Shown here piece by piece: positions 9,078 to 18,745 of a stretch of 64,000 nt of DNA. This DNA is from a virus (Duplodnaviria; Caudoviricetes), in the IMG/VR virus record IMGVR_UViG_2706795618_000001, positions 1 to 64,000 of that record; one strand, written 5' to 3'. The notes beneath the pieces are model-generated. The model saw only the letters and a list, made by a program, of their open reading frames with translations. It was not told the DNA's origin and made no database searches. Within the stretch, counting starts at the first letter, position 1; each line of letters opens with the position of its first letter. Position numbers and translations under genes: made by a program.

Positions 9078-10457
9078 ATGGAGGAACGTCTCAAGCGGCT
9101 GATCGCACTGCGCGCCAAGGCAGGCGAGGAGCTGGACAAGCTGGTTGCCGAGCGGCAGGCCATCACCGACCTGGTGAAGGAGGAGGCCCGCGAGGATCTG
9201 ACCCCGGAGGAGGACACCGAGTTCCGGGCCAAGGTCGCCGCCATCAAGGCCAAGCAGACCGAGTGCTCCGGTCTCGATGAGCGCATCCAGGAGCTGGCCG
9301 AGGAAATCGAGCGCAGCGGCAAGCTGTCTGAGGGTGCCGCGGCGGTACGTCGCGCCCAGCAGAAGGTCGAATCGGTCAAGGAGGCCCGCGCCTACGAAAA
9401 GGGCAACGGCCACAGCTACTTTGCCGATCTGATCCGCTCCCAGCGGGGTCTCGACGGCAGCGGTGACGCGGCCGAGCGTCTGGCCCGCCACGCCAAGGAC
9501 GTGGCGTCCGACGCGGAGTACCGCGACATGGACACTGTGGACGGCAACGGCGGGTTCTTCGTGCCGCCCGTGTGGCTGGTCAACCAGTTCATCGAACTGC
9601 CCCGGGCCGGCCGCGCGTACGCCAACCTGATTCCGTCCGAGCCGCTTCCGGCCAAGACGAACTCGATCAACATCCCCAAGGTGACTGCGGGGACGGCGGT
9701 CGCGTTCCAGACGGCCGACAACCAGCCGGTCAACGAGCAGGACATGGACGACGCCGCCATCGAGGCCAAGGTCCGCACCATCGCGGGCCAGGCCGACGTG
9801 GCGATCCAGCTGCTCGACCAGTCGCCCATCTCGTTTGACGAGATGATCTTCCGCGACCTGATCGCCGACTTCGCCACCAAGGTGGACAAGGCGGTGCTGA
9901 CCGGTACCGGCAACAACGGCCAGGTGTTGGGTGTGCACGCCACCCCCGGCATCACCACCATCGCGGCCGCGACGGTGGACGTGGCGGGCTTCTACTCCGC
10001 TGTGGCCGACGGTATCCAGCGGATCCACACCCAGCGGTTCCTGCCGCCGTCGCACATCGTCATGCACCCCCGGCGGTGGGCGTGGCTGACGGCCGAGCTG
10101 GGCAACGACGGCCGCCCGCTGGTGCTCCCGGCGGCCAACAACCCCTCCAACGCGGTGGCCACCATGGCGGGCGTCGTGTCGGAGCAGGTCGTGGGCCAGC
10201 TGCAGGGCCTGCCGGTGGTGACCGATCCCAACATCGGCACCACCTACGGCACCGGCACCAACGAGGACGTGGTGTACGTCCAGCGTTCGGCCGACCTGGC
10301 GCTGTACGAGTCGCCCATCCGGTCGCGGGTTCTCCCCGAGGTCGGTAGCGGCACCCTGACGGTTCGCCTTCAGGTGTACGGCTACATCGCCTTCACGGCC
10401 GAGCGGTACCCGCAGTCGGTCGTGGAAATCACCGGTCTGACGGCTCCCACCTTCTGA
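9078..10457 (+). CDS. Major capsid protein, HK97 fold, with N-terminal coiled-coil
   Basis: Coiled-coil N-terminus; GNGGFFVPP, GTGNNGQVLG, DGRPL, LQGLPVVTDP; AAGGA RBS. Confidence 0.95.
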   Translation: MEERLKRLIALRAKAGEELDKLVAERQAITDLVKEEAREDLTPEEDTEFRAKVAAIKAKQTECSGLDERIQELAEEIERSGKLSEGAAAVRRAQQKVESVKEARAYEKGNGHSYFADLIRSQRGLDGSGDAAERLARHAKDVASDAEYRDMDTVDGNGGFFVPPVWLVNQFIELPRAGRAYANLIPSEPLPAKTNSINIPKVTAGTAVAFQTADNQPVNEQDMDDAAIEAKVRTIAGQADVAIQLLDQSPISFDEMIFRDLIADFATKVDKAVLTGTGNNGQVLGVHATPGITTIAAATVDVAGFYSAVADGIQRIHTQRFLPPSHIVMHPRRWAWLTAELGNDGRPLVLPAANNPSNAVATMAGVVSEQVVGQLQGLPVVTDPNIGTTYGTGTNEDVVYVQRSADLALYESPIRSRVLPEVGSGTLTVRLQVYGYIAFTAERYPQSVVEITGLTAPTF

Positions 10458-10525
10458 CCGATGACGACAGGACGCGCCCCCGCCACCCATCACGTGGCGG
10501 GGGCGTTGTCCGGAAAGGAATCCCG

Positions 10526-10927
10526 ATGACCAACAAGCAGAAGACCCGCGACGCCGAGGCCGACTCGATCAAGTCGCTCAAGGAACGCCGCGAGCTGTAC
10601 GTCCAGGCGGGCAAGGACACCAGCGCGATTGACGCGCGGCTGGCGTCGTTCGGCATCGAGCCTGCCGCCAAGCCAGAGCCCAAGGGGGACAACACCCCGA
10701 CCAACGAGGCCAAGGGTGGCAGCGACCAGCCTGCAGCCCCGCAGACCCCACCGGGAGGTGACGGGGTGGAGAACAAGGCGCTGACCCCCGACGACGAGGA
10801 GAACGCCAAGGCCAAGGCCCAGCTGGAGAACAAGGCCCAGGCCACCGCGCCGTCGCAACCCAGCCCCCAGGCCAGCAAGCCCGCCGCGCCGCGATCCGGT
10901 GCCCAGGGTGGACGGTCCAAGGCCTGA
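10526..10927 (+). CDS. Hypothetical post-capsid protein with low-complexity tail
   Basis: AAAGGAA RBS; Pro/Ala/Lys-rich C-terminus. Confidence 0.7.
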   Translation: MTNKQKTRDAEADSIKSLKERRELYVQAGKDTSAIDARLASFGIEPAAKPEPKGDNTPTNEAKGGSDQPAAPQTPPGGDGVENKALTPDDEENAKAKAQLENKAQATAPSQPSPQASKPAAPRSGAQGGRSKA

Positions 10928-10930
10928 CCG

Positions 10931-11461
10931 ATGGCGTTGGAACTGGTCAAGGACACCGACCTCGCCAAGCTGGAGGACGGCGACGACGCCGAGTTCTTCC
11001 TGACGGCAGCGGAATCGGCTGTCCGTGACTACTGCGGGTGGCACATCGCGCCGTCGCGGACCGAGACCAACAAGCGGGTCCAGGCGGGGCAGCGCGGCCT
11101 GCTGATCCTCGACACCATGCACCTGACCGACGTGGCCAAGGTGGAGGTGGACGGCCGGGAACTCGACCCCGAGGACTACGAGTGGGAGGCGTGCGGTGTG
11201 ATCCACCGCCGCACCCCCTCGTGGCCGGTCGATCCGTGGGTGACGGTGACGTTCACCCACGGATACGAGGAGTGCCCGCCCAACGTGGCGATGGTGGTGT
11301 TGGAGCTGGCGGCCCTGGCCAAGGAGATGCCCACCAGCCCGGCAAAAGACGTGTACGCCGGACCATTCCGCATGTCGCTGTCGGGCCAGCTGGGGGCGTC
11401 GATGAACCTCGACCAGAAGTCGCGGCTGGCCAACTACCGAGTGCACAGGTTCGGTATCTGA
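10931..11461 (+). CDS. Head-to-tail adaptor
   Basis: AVRDYCGWHIAP, VTVTFTHGY; position after capsid. Confidence 0.8.
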   Translation: MALELVKDTDLAKLEDGDDAEFFLTAAESAVRDYCGWHIAPSRTETNKRVQAGQRGLLILDTMHLTDVAKVEVDGRELDPEDYEWEACGVIHRRTPSWPVDPWVTVTFTHGYEECPPNVAMVVLELAALAKEMPTSPAKDVYAGPFRMSLSGQLGASMNLDQKSRLANYRVHRFGI

Positions 11462-11835
11462 TGCCGGTGTTCCGCGAGGTGTGGCCAATCGAGTACTACC
11501 CGTTCACACCGGACCCCAGCGGGCTGACCGACACCCACGGCAACGCCATCGGCACGGTGGCTGAAACCCCGGTGCCGCGCAAGGTGATTGCCATCTACCC
11601 CAACGGGCAGCCCAGCGAGGCCAACCACACCATCGACTACATCGCCCGGGAGGTGTCGGAGCTGGTGCTGCTGGTCAAGAAGCCCGAGCTCTACCACGCC
11701 CAGGACGAGGTGGGGGTGGGTGGCCGGCGGTTCCAGGTCCAGGGCGAGGGGTCGGACCTGGACTACCGCCGTTCGCCGTGGCCCAACGTGACCAAGGTGT
11801 TCGGCGGCCAGGTGATCGTAAAGAGGGTGGGCTGA
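11461..11835 (+). CDS. Head-to-tail stopper-like protein
   Basis: TGATG overlap; ends GGQVIVKRVG; gene order. Confidence 0.7.
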   Translation: MPVFREVWPIEYYPFTPDPSGLTDTHGNAIGTVAETPVPRKVIAIYPNGQPSEANHTIDYIAREVSELVLLVKKPELYHAQDEVGVGGRRFQVQGEGSDLDYRRSPWPNVTKVFGGQVIVKRVG

Positions 11836-12083
11836 TGGCCGTTCGAATCAAGTGGAACCGCAAGGGGTTCAAGCAGGTTCGTCACGCCTTCGGCGGGTAC
11901 GTCCAGGCCAAGGCCGAGGCCGCGGCTGCCGACTTGCCCGAGGGGTACGAGGTGGTGGTCCAGCGTGACCCCAGCACCCAACGGCCCCGCGCGTACCTGG
12001 TGGCACGCAGCTATGAGGCACGGCACGACGAGGCCAAGAACTCCACGCTGCTCAAGAAGATCAGCAGTCTGCGGGGTACGTGA
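11835..12083 (+). CDS. Neck protein (HK97 gp10-like)
   Basis: RIKWNRKGF, RPRAYLV, EAKNSTLLK; gene order. Confidence 0.65.
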   Translation: MAVRIKWNRKGFKQVRHAFGGYVQAKAEAAAADLPEGYEVVVQRDPSTQRPRAYLVARSYEARHDEAKNSTLLKKISSLRGT

Positions 12084-12517
12084 TGACCGTTACCGGCGAC
12101 CAGCTGTACCCGCCGATCCTCCCCCCTGATCTGGAGGAGCTGTCGGTGGACTACCTGATGACCAAGATGGCGCTGAGGATGGGGACCAGGCTTCCCAAAA
12201 CCCCAGCGGGCCAGGCTCTTCCCGACCCATTCCTACGGGTGGAGTTCGGTGGGGGCAAGAAGGTCAATGAGATCGAGTTCGACCTGGACACCATCTTGCA
12301 CAGCTACCACGCCGACGAGTCGGTGGCGTCGTTGAACTGCCGCACCGCATTTGCCCACCTGGTGGCGGCGCGGGGCCTGACGGTCAACGGGTGGTTCATC
12401 AGCGGGGCCGCCGGTCCCGTGCTGCCCCACCGGAATAGCGATCCCCAGGTGCCGCTTCCCCGGTACCGCGCGATGGTCTGCTGGCGCGTCCAGGGCCAAG
12501 TCATCGCCACCCCATAG
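12080..12517 (+). CDS. Tail terminator
   Basis: FLRVEFGGG, DPQVPLPRY; immediately before major tail gene. Confidence 0.75.
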   Translation: MMTVTGDQLYPPILPPDLEELSVDYLMTKMALRMGTRLPKTPAGQALPDPFLRVEFGGGKKVNEIEFDLDTILHSYHADESVASLNCRTAFAHLVAARGLTVNGWFISGAAGPVLPHRNSDPQVPLPRYRAMVCWRVQGQVIATP

Positions 12518-12606
12518 ACCTCACCGCCCCGCCGCGGGGCAGCTGAGAACCACGGCCGCACCAATCCCGGTGCGGCCGTTTGTATGTCCACGAAAGGAAT
12601 CGGCCG

Positions 12607-13194
12607 ATGGCTGAAAACAACGTCCTGGAGTTGGCCGCCCCGTCCCCGCGGGTGACGGGCGGCGTGCTCCGCGCACCGGTCGGCACCGCGCTGCCGACGA
12701 GCGCACAGGGTGCCCCGGCAGCCGCGTTCGTCAACCTGGGCCACGTCTCCGACGACGGTCTGGAGCGGACGGAAAACCGCAACAACCAGGAGTCGTTCAA
12801 CTGGGGCGGCGACCTGGTGGCGGTGCTGCAGCAGGAGTACGGCCTGGAGCTGAAGTTCAAGCTGCTCCAGGTGATGAACGCCGACGTGCAGAAGGCGGTC
12901 CACGGCGACAGCAACGTGACCGTCACGCCGGCCGACAGCGACTCGGGCACCGAGATTGCCGCCAAGCTCAACGCCAAGCTGCTCGACACGGGCGTGTGGG
13001 TGTTCGACGGGTTCTACAACCTCATCTCGATGCGGCTGGTAATCCCCATCGGCCGCATCACCCAGGTGGGGCCGGTCAAGTGGGTGCACAAGGAACTGGC
13101 GTCCTACGAGTGCACCATGAAGCCGTTCCCCGATGAGCAGGGGAACCACGGCTACCAGTACTACAACGACGGTGTGGTGGTGCTGACGCCGTGA
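12607..13194 (+). CDS. Major tail protein
   Basis: RAPVGTALPT, NLGHVSDDGL, NWGGDLV; AAAGGAA RBS. Confidence 0.9.
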   Translation: MAENNVLELAAPSPRVTGGVLRAPVGTALPTSAQGAPAAAFVNLGHVSDDGLERTENRNNQESFNWGGDLVAVLQQEYGLELKFKLLQVMNADVQKAVHGDSNVTVTPADSDSGTEIAAKLNAKLLDTGVWVFDGFYNLISMRLVIPIGRITQVGPVKWVHKELASYECTMKPFPDEQGNHGYQYYNDGVVVLTP

Positions 13195-13628
13195 CCACAC
13201 CACGTAAGGCACCCGCCCGGAAGGCCGCGCCGCGCAAGCGGACTGCCGCGGCCAAGAGCAAGGCCGCTGCCCAACCGGCAGCCGTTGAGTCCACGGCCGC
13301 AGCCGACCCCACCCCCGACGCTGACCCGGCGTCGGGGGTGTTGGCCGCGCTGTCGCGGCTGTACCCCAAGGGATCGGCGTTGTTCGTGTTCACCGCGACC
13401 GACGGCACAAAGATCCCGTTCCCGAAGTTCTCGACCGTGCCCCAACCGCCACGGTCGTTCTTCTGGCAGCTGTACCAGTTGGAGCCGCTGTTCCAGGGGT
13501 TTGAGTGGATGAAGCGCGCCGGGGTGCCGATGGAAATCCAAGCCATCGCAGTCGAATTCCCCGAAGCGGACTACGACCGTCTGTTTGACGAGTGGTTCGC
13601 TGACAGTCAGCTGACAGCGGGGGAATAG
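13191..13628 (+). CDS. Tail assembly chaperone, short form
   Basis: Between major tail and tape measure genes; ends GCG GGG GAA TAG. Confidence 0.85.
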   Translation: MTTPRKAPARKAAPRKRTAAAKSKAAAQPAAVESTAAADPTPDADPASGVLAALSRLYPKGSALFVFTATDGTKIPFPKFSTVPQPPRSFFWQLYQLEPLFQGFEWMKRAGVPMEIQAIAVEFPEADYDRLFDEWFADSQLTAGE

Positions 13629-14053
13629 GCGCGCTCACCCGCGCCATAGCGGCGCATTGGCACGCGGTCGAGCGCGACCTGATCGAGCTGGGCAAGGACG
13701 AGGACTTCGACGCCGGTCGTCTGGGGATGGCCAAGTTGGGGTCCATCGTCCTTGCCGCACAACCCGGTACAGCCGTCTATCACGCAGTCAACGAGGGGTG
13801 GACCCCGGAGGCCCACCTGCTCGCCAACCAGTTGGAGCAGCGCGCCGGTCTGCTCAACATGGCTCGACGGATGCCCCGCACGGGGGTACCGGCCGAGACG
13901 CCCCAGCCACCCCCGACCAACCCACGACGGGTGGACAGCTGGGATTCCTTGCCGCTGGAGGAATTTGAACGCCTTCGGCAAGCCAACTACGCCCAAGGCC
14001 CTGCCCCCTCGCGCAAACCGAGGGGGCGTGTCTCGCAACCGAGAAGGAGGTGA
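13619..14053 (+). CDS. Tail assembly chaperone -1 frameshift extension
   Basis: GGGGGAA at 13619-13625; -1 frame is open (GIGALTRAIAAHWHAVERDLIELG...) into the 13727..14053 ORF. Confidence 0.85.
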   Translation, partial: GGIGALTRAIAAHWHAVERDLIELGKDEDFDAGRLGMAKLGSIVLAAQPGTAVYHAVNEGWTPEAHLLANQLEQRAGLLNMARRMPRTGVPAETPQPPPTNPRRVDSWDSLPLEEFERLRQANYAQGPAPSRKPRGRVSQPRRR

Positions 14054-14059
14054 CCCGCT

Positions 14060-17000
14060 GTGACGACACCAGGTGGTGGTATCGAGCTAGCCCAGATATG
14101 GGTTCCGCTGATGCCCGAAGCGTCGAAACTCGCTGCGGGCGTTGAACGGATCGGTCGAGACGCGGAGAAGCGGTTCGGTGCCGCCACCAAGGTCATGGGC
14201 TCGCAGATGGCCCGCGCGGTGGAGTCCAACGCGGGCCGTCTGCGCCAGGCCCTGGCCGATGTCGAGAAGCGCACCCTGGCCGTCGAGAAGGCCAAGCAGC
14301 GGGAGGCCGACACCCAGGGGCGGCTCAACGTAGCGGAGAAGCGCTACCACGAACTGCGGAACAGCAGCAGCGCCAAGGAATCCCAGCGGATCAAGGCGTA
14401 CGAGGACATGAATCGGCTGCAGCGTGCGCTGACAGCCTCGACCACCACGCTGACCCGCGAGACCAAGATGCTGGCCACCGCCCAGGCCGAAGTAACGGCG
14501 GCCCAGGCGGCTCAGAGCAAGGTGGCCAAGCTGCCGATCGCGCAGCGACTGGCGGTCGCGGCCCAGGCATCTGGTGTGGACGCCGGTCGGTCGTTCCACA
14601 ACGGGTTCAACTCGATGCTGCGGTCGGGCGCGATGCTGGCCGGCGTCGGCGGGTTCGCCGCCACCCTGAAGGGCGTCGTGACCGCCGGGGTGGACATGGA
14701 AGCCAACCTCAACCGGCTCCAAGGTGTCACCAACGCCAACGCCCAGCAGATGGCCAGGGCCAGCGAGGTTGCCCAGAAACTGGGGTCGGACACCACCATC
14801 GTGGGCGCGACGGCCGCCAGCGCGGCAGCCGCGATGCTGGAGCTGGCCAAGGGTGGCCTGACGATGGAGCAGGCGCTGGCCGCCGCACCCGGCACGCTGC
14901 GGTTGGCCGCGGCTGCCAGCATCGACGCCGCTACGGCCGCGGAATCGCAGGCCGCGATCCTCAACAGCTTCCAGCTGGCACCCGACCAGGCCAACCACGT
15001 GGCCGACGCGCTGGCCAACGTCGCCAACGCCGCCGCTGGTGAGGTGCCGGACTTCATGATGGCGCTGCAGCAGGCAGCGACGGTGGCCCACGGGTTCAAC
15101 ATCTCGATGGACGACACCGTGGCCGTCATGGGGTTGTTCGCCAAGGCGGGCATCCAAGGGTCGGACGCCGGTACGTCGTTCAAGACGATGCTGACCCACA
15201 TCGCCAACCCCAGCGATGAGGCCGCGGGCGCGATGGACCGGCTGGGGCTCAACCTCCACACCGCGACCGGTGAGTTCGTCGGCGTGCGTGAGATGTTCCG
15301 GCAGATCGGTGAGGCCGGAAAGGTCATGCGGCCCGACGACTTCCAGCGCGACGTGGCCAAGGTGTTCGGTACCGACGCCATCCGCGGCGCGATGATCGCT
15401 GGCAACCAGGGCATCGAGACGCTGGACCAGATGATGCGCTCCGTCACCGAGGTGGGCGGCGCGACCAAGATGGCTGCGGCCAACATGCAAGGCGTCCCAG
15501 GCGTTTTGGAGAAGATCAGCAACGCCGCGTCGGGCGTCGGGCTGACGTTCTACGACATGCTCAAGCCGCTGCTGATGTCGGGCGGCAAGGGGGCCATCGA
15601 CCTGCTGGAGCGGGCCCAAAAGAGCCTCGACAGCATCAAGCGCGGGGAGGGTGGCGGCAAGGCGCTGGGGATGATCGCCGACGGCTGGAAGGACATCAGC
15701 GGCGCGGTCAAGGACATCGGCCCCGAGCTGCTGGAGGCGGTCAAGTCACTGGCCACCGGAGCGGCCGCCACCGTCGTAACGGGTTGGCGCGCACTGGGAA
15801 CCGCGTTCCAGGTGATCGAGCCCCCGTTGCGGATGGTGCTCGACCTGCTCAACGCGATCCCCGGCGGGCTGGAGACCACCGCCGCGCTGATCGCCGCCCT
15901 GTACCTCAAGACCAAGCTGGCCGGCCCCGCGATGTCGGTAGCGGCCAAGGCCACCGAGGGGTGGGCCAAGGCGTTCTCCGGGTGGCGGTCGGCTGCCGAC
16001 ACCGCCGACCGCACCATGACGCGCATCACCACCGCGACGGGTGAGACGGTGCTCAAGCAGCGCGGGTTCATGACGCAGATCCGAGACGCCTACCGGCAAG
16101 GGGCAACTGAGTCGGAGCGCTTCGGCCGCAGCATCGGCACCGCCAAGGGCGCGATGTCGGGGCTGAAGATCGCCGGTGGCGGCATCATGTCGATGCTGGG
16201 CGGCCCTTGGGGTATCGCGGCCACCGGCCTGATCGCCGCTATGGGGGCCGTCGCCAACGCGCACGCCAACGCGGCAGAGGCGGCCCGCAACCAGAAGGCA
16301 GCCGAGGACGAGCTGAAGGGCACGCTGTCGGCCGGTCGCCTGACCGACGACACCCTGATGAAGATCAGCCAGAACCTGGAGGACTCGGGGGCGGTCAAGC
16401 GCGCCCAGTCGTATGGACTCGACCCGAACGTGTTGCTGCGGTCGGCAACTGGCGACAAGGACGCCAATCAGGCGCTACTCAACAACCTGCAGCGGGTGAT
16501 CGACCAGGCGGTGACCAACGGTGACGGCCCGGGGCTCAAGTCGAGCATGGAGGTTCTGAAGGAGGCGGGCGTCTCGTCGGAGGAACTGGCAAAGGCGTTG
16601 GGCAAGGAGGGATTCAACTGGGACATCGTTACCAAGAAGTTGAACGACTACAACCAGGCTCAGCGAGAAGCGTTCGACCGCAACAAGACTGACCCTGACG
16701 CCCAGTACGAGCCCGCGCTGGCGAGCCTGGAGCAGCTACTGCGGCGACTGCCTGACTACGCGGAGTCGGCCGCGACGATGAACCAACTGGTCAACAACCA
16801 GGCGCTGACCGCCACACAGGCGGCCGAGTCGTGGACGCGCCAGAACGCCGCGATGAACGGGACGGTGGAGGCCACCGACCGTGGCCGCGAGGCGTTCCAG
16901 GCCCTTGGGGCCCAAATCGTCGCAACGCCAAGCGAAAAGCAGATCGTCGTGGACATCCCGGACGAAAAGTACGTCGGGTTCCGCAACAAGATGATGGAGC

Positions 17001-18745
17001 TGGGCAACACGGTCGAGAAGTTGCCAGACGGCACGGTGGTGGTGACGGCTGACACCGACGAGGCACAGCAGCGGTGGCAGGCCTACCTCAAGAAGGTTGC
17101 CAACACCCCAGCGGTGACCAAGCTGACCATCGAGCCGCCGACCCAGGCCCAACTGGACGCCGCGTTCGCCCCGTTCAACCAACGGCCGCCCATGTCGGTG
17201 CGCGTCGCCCAGGGGGAGGTCGTCGGGCACGGTGGCCGCGCGTCGGGCGGCTTCGTGGACAGCAACGGGATGATCCACGGCCCCGGTAGCGGCACAAGCG
17301 ATTCCATCCTGGCCCAGGTGCTGGGCGGCCGCGGCGGCGTGGTGCGGGTGTCCAACCGGGAGTCGATCAACACGGAACGCTCCACCCGGGCCAACTGGCC
17401 CGTCATCGACGCCATGAACAAGGGCGCGAACCTGACCCCCTGGTTCCGGCAGCTGCCACGGTTCGATGAGGGCGGCCTGCTGGACTACGCCGAATCGCTG
17501 GTCGGCCAGGGCTACAGCCAGGCCACCCGTTGGGATTGTTCAGGCACCGTCGCCCGGCTGGTCAATCGCGCCACCGGCATGTCGGGCGGCGATCTGATGA
17601 CCACCAAGAACGCGGCCGAGTGGCTGGCCGCACGCGGGTTCGTGGAGGGAATGGGCGGGCCCGATGACTTCTCGGTGGGCTGGTACGACCACGGCGGCGG
17701 TCCCAACAGCGGCCACATGGCCGCCACGCTGCCCGGTGGGATCAACGCTGAGCAGGGCGGCAAGAACGGTGAGTTCACCCTGGGGGCGGGTGCTGCCGGT
17801 GCCGATGACCCCCAGTTCGACCGCCACATGTACCTGCCGGTGGACGCCATGTACCCCGAGGGGTCGGGAGGGTCCGGTGGGTACGGGTACGGGGGTTCGT
17901 TCGGCGGCGGGGGTGGCAGCGGTGGCTACGGGGGTGCTGGCAGTGGGGGTGGTCCCACGGGTGCGGAGATGCGGACGCTGCGCAACGCCTCCCAGAAGGT
18001 GGACGACACCGCCAAGGCGGTGGAGCTGGCCCAGAAGCGACTCGATGAGGTCAACGCCAACCCCAAGTCCAAGGAATCGACCAAGGCGGCGGCCCAGGAG
18101 CGGCTGAACAAGGCGCAACGGGAGTACCAGGACGCCCTGGACGACGAGGCGTCCAAGAAGCAGGAAATCGGCGAGCGGGTGGCCGAGCGCAACGCGCGGG
18201 GCACCGACAACAGCACCGGGGGTACCGGCGCGCAGGGGTTCGCCAAGGACATGCTGTCGGGCGCGCTGGAGGCCCTGGGGTTCGACGGGGAGGTGTTCTC
18301 CGACCCGACGCAGTGGGGCATCTGGAAGCTGTTCACCGGGGGCGCGAACTACGTTGGCGGGCTGCTGAAGAACGCCTTCGGTGGCCCGTCGCGGCTCAAC
18401 CCGTACGGCCCTGCCGCGATGCCCTACGGCGGGTCACCGGCCGGCACACAGCACGGCCGCGGCCCGGGGTCGCCGGGTCCGGGCAACCAGGGCGACGGCG
18501 GCCTGGGTGGGTTCCAGCTGGGCGACGGCGGCGGTATGTCGAGCGTCGGCGACACCCTGACGGGTGCGCTGCCCCAGGTGTCGGACTTCTTGCCCGCCCC
18601 GGCAACCAATGCGGGCCAACCGATTGACGCCTCCATCCACATCGCCGGGAACGTCGATCAGCCCACGTTCAACAACATGCGGTCAATGCAACTGGATCGT
18701 CAGCGCACCGCATCGTCGGGTCTGCGCGGAATGGGCGGGTTCTGA
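14060..18745 (+). CDS. Tape measure protein with C-terminal NlpC/P60-like domain
   Basis: 1561 aa, Ala-rich; TP901-like core (GIQGSDAGTSFK); GPGSGTSDSI; WDCSG...HMAATL. Confidence 0.95.
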   Translation: MTTPGGGIELAQIWVPLMPEASKLAAGVERIGRDAEKRFGAATKVMGSQMARAVESNAGRLRQALADVEKRTLAVEKAKQREADTQGRLNVAEKRYHELRNSSSAKESQRIKAYEDMNRLQRALTASTTTLTRETKMLATAQAEVTAAQAAQSKVAKLPIAQRLAVAAQASGVDAGRSFHNGFNSMLRSGAMLAGVGGFAATLKGVVTAGVDMEANLNRLQGVTNANAQQMARASEVAQKLGSDTTIVGATAASAAAAMLELAKGGLTMEQALAAAPGTLRLAAAASIDAATAAESQAAILNSFQLAPDQANHVADALANVANAAAGEVPDFMMALQQAATVAHGFNISMDDTVAVMGLFAKAGIQGSDAGTSFKTMLTHIANPSDEAAGAMDRLGLNLHTATGEFVGVREMFRQIGEAGKVMRPDDFQRDVAKVFGTDAIRGAMIAGNQGIETLDQMMRSVTEVGGATKMAAANMQGVPGVLEKISNAASGVGLTFYDMLKPLLMSGGKGAIDLLERAQKSLDSIKRGEGGGKALGMIADGWKDISGAVKDIGPELLEAVKSLATGAAATVVTGWRALGTAFQVIEPPLRMVLDLLNAIPGGLETTAALIAALYLKTKLAGPAMSVAAKATEGWAKAFSGWRSAADTADRTMTRITTATGETVLKQRGFMTQIRDAYRQGATESERFGRSIGTAKGAMSGLKIAGGGIMSMLGGPWGIAATGLIAAMGAVANAHANAAEAARNQKAAEDELKGTLSAGRLTDDTLMKISQNLEDSGAVKRAQSYGLDPNVLLRSATGDKDANQALLNNLQRVIDQAVTNGDGPGLKSSMEVLKEAGVSSEELAKALGKEGFNWDIVTKKLNDYNQAQREAFDRNKTDPDAQYEPALASLEQLLRRLPDYAESAATMNQLVNNQALTATQAAESWTRQNAAMNGTVEATDRGREAFQALGAQIVATPSEKQIVVDIPDEKYVGFRNKMMELGNTVEKLPDGTVVVTADTDEAQQRWQAYLKKVANTPAVTKLTIEPPTQAQLDAAFAPFNQRPPMSVRVAQGEVVGHGGRASGGFVDSNGMIHGPGSGTSDSILAQVLGGRGGVVRVSNRESINTERSTRANWPVIDAMNKGANLTPWFRQLPRFDEGGLLDYAESLVGQGYSQATRWDCSGTVARLVNRATGMSGGDLMTTKNAAEWLAARGFVEGMGGPDDFSVGWYDHGGGPNSGHMAATLPGGINAEQGGKNGEFTLGAGAAGADDPQFDRHMYLPVDAMYPEGSGGSGGYGYGGSFGGGGGSGGYGGAGSGGGPTGAEMRTLRNASQKVDDTAKAVELAQKRLDEVNANPKSKESTKAAAQERLNKAQREYQDALDDEASKKQEIGERVAERNARGTDNSTGGTGAQGFAKDMLSGALEALGFDGEVFSDPTQWGIWKLFTGGANYVGGLLKNAFGGPSRLNPYGPAAMPYGGSPAGTQHGRGPGSPGPGNQGDGGLGGFQLGDGGGMSSVGDTLTGALPQVSDFLPAPATNAGQPIDASIHIAGNVDQPTFNNMRSMQLDRQRTASSGLRGMGGF

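Noticed and set aside
14087-15619. Long minus-strand ORFs such as 14087..15619, 3879..5822, 7627..9063, 9060..10493 and 22485..23849
   Set aside because: They lie opposite clear plus-strand genes and have no motifs; expected shadow frames in high-GC DNA
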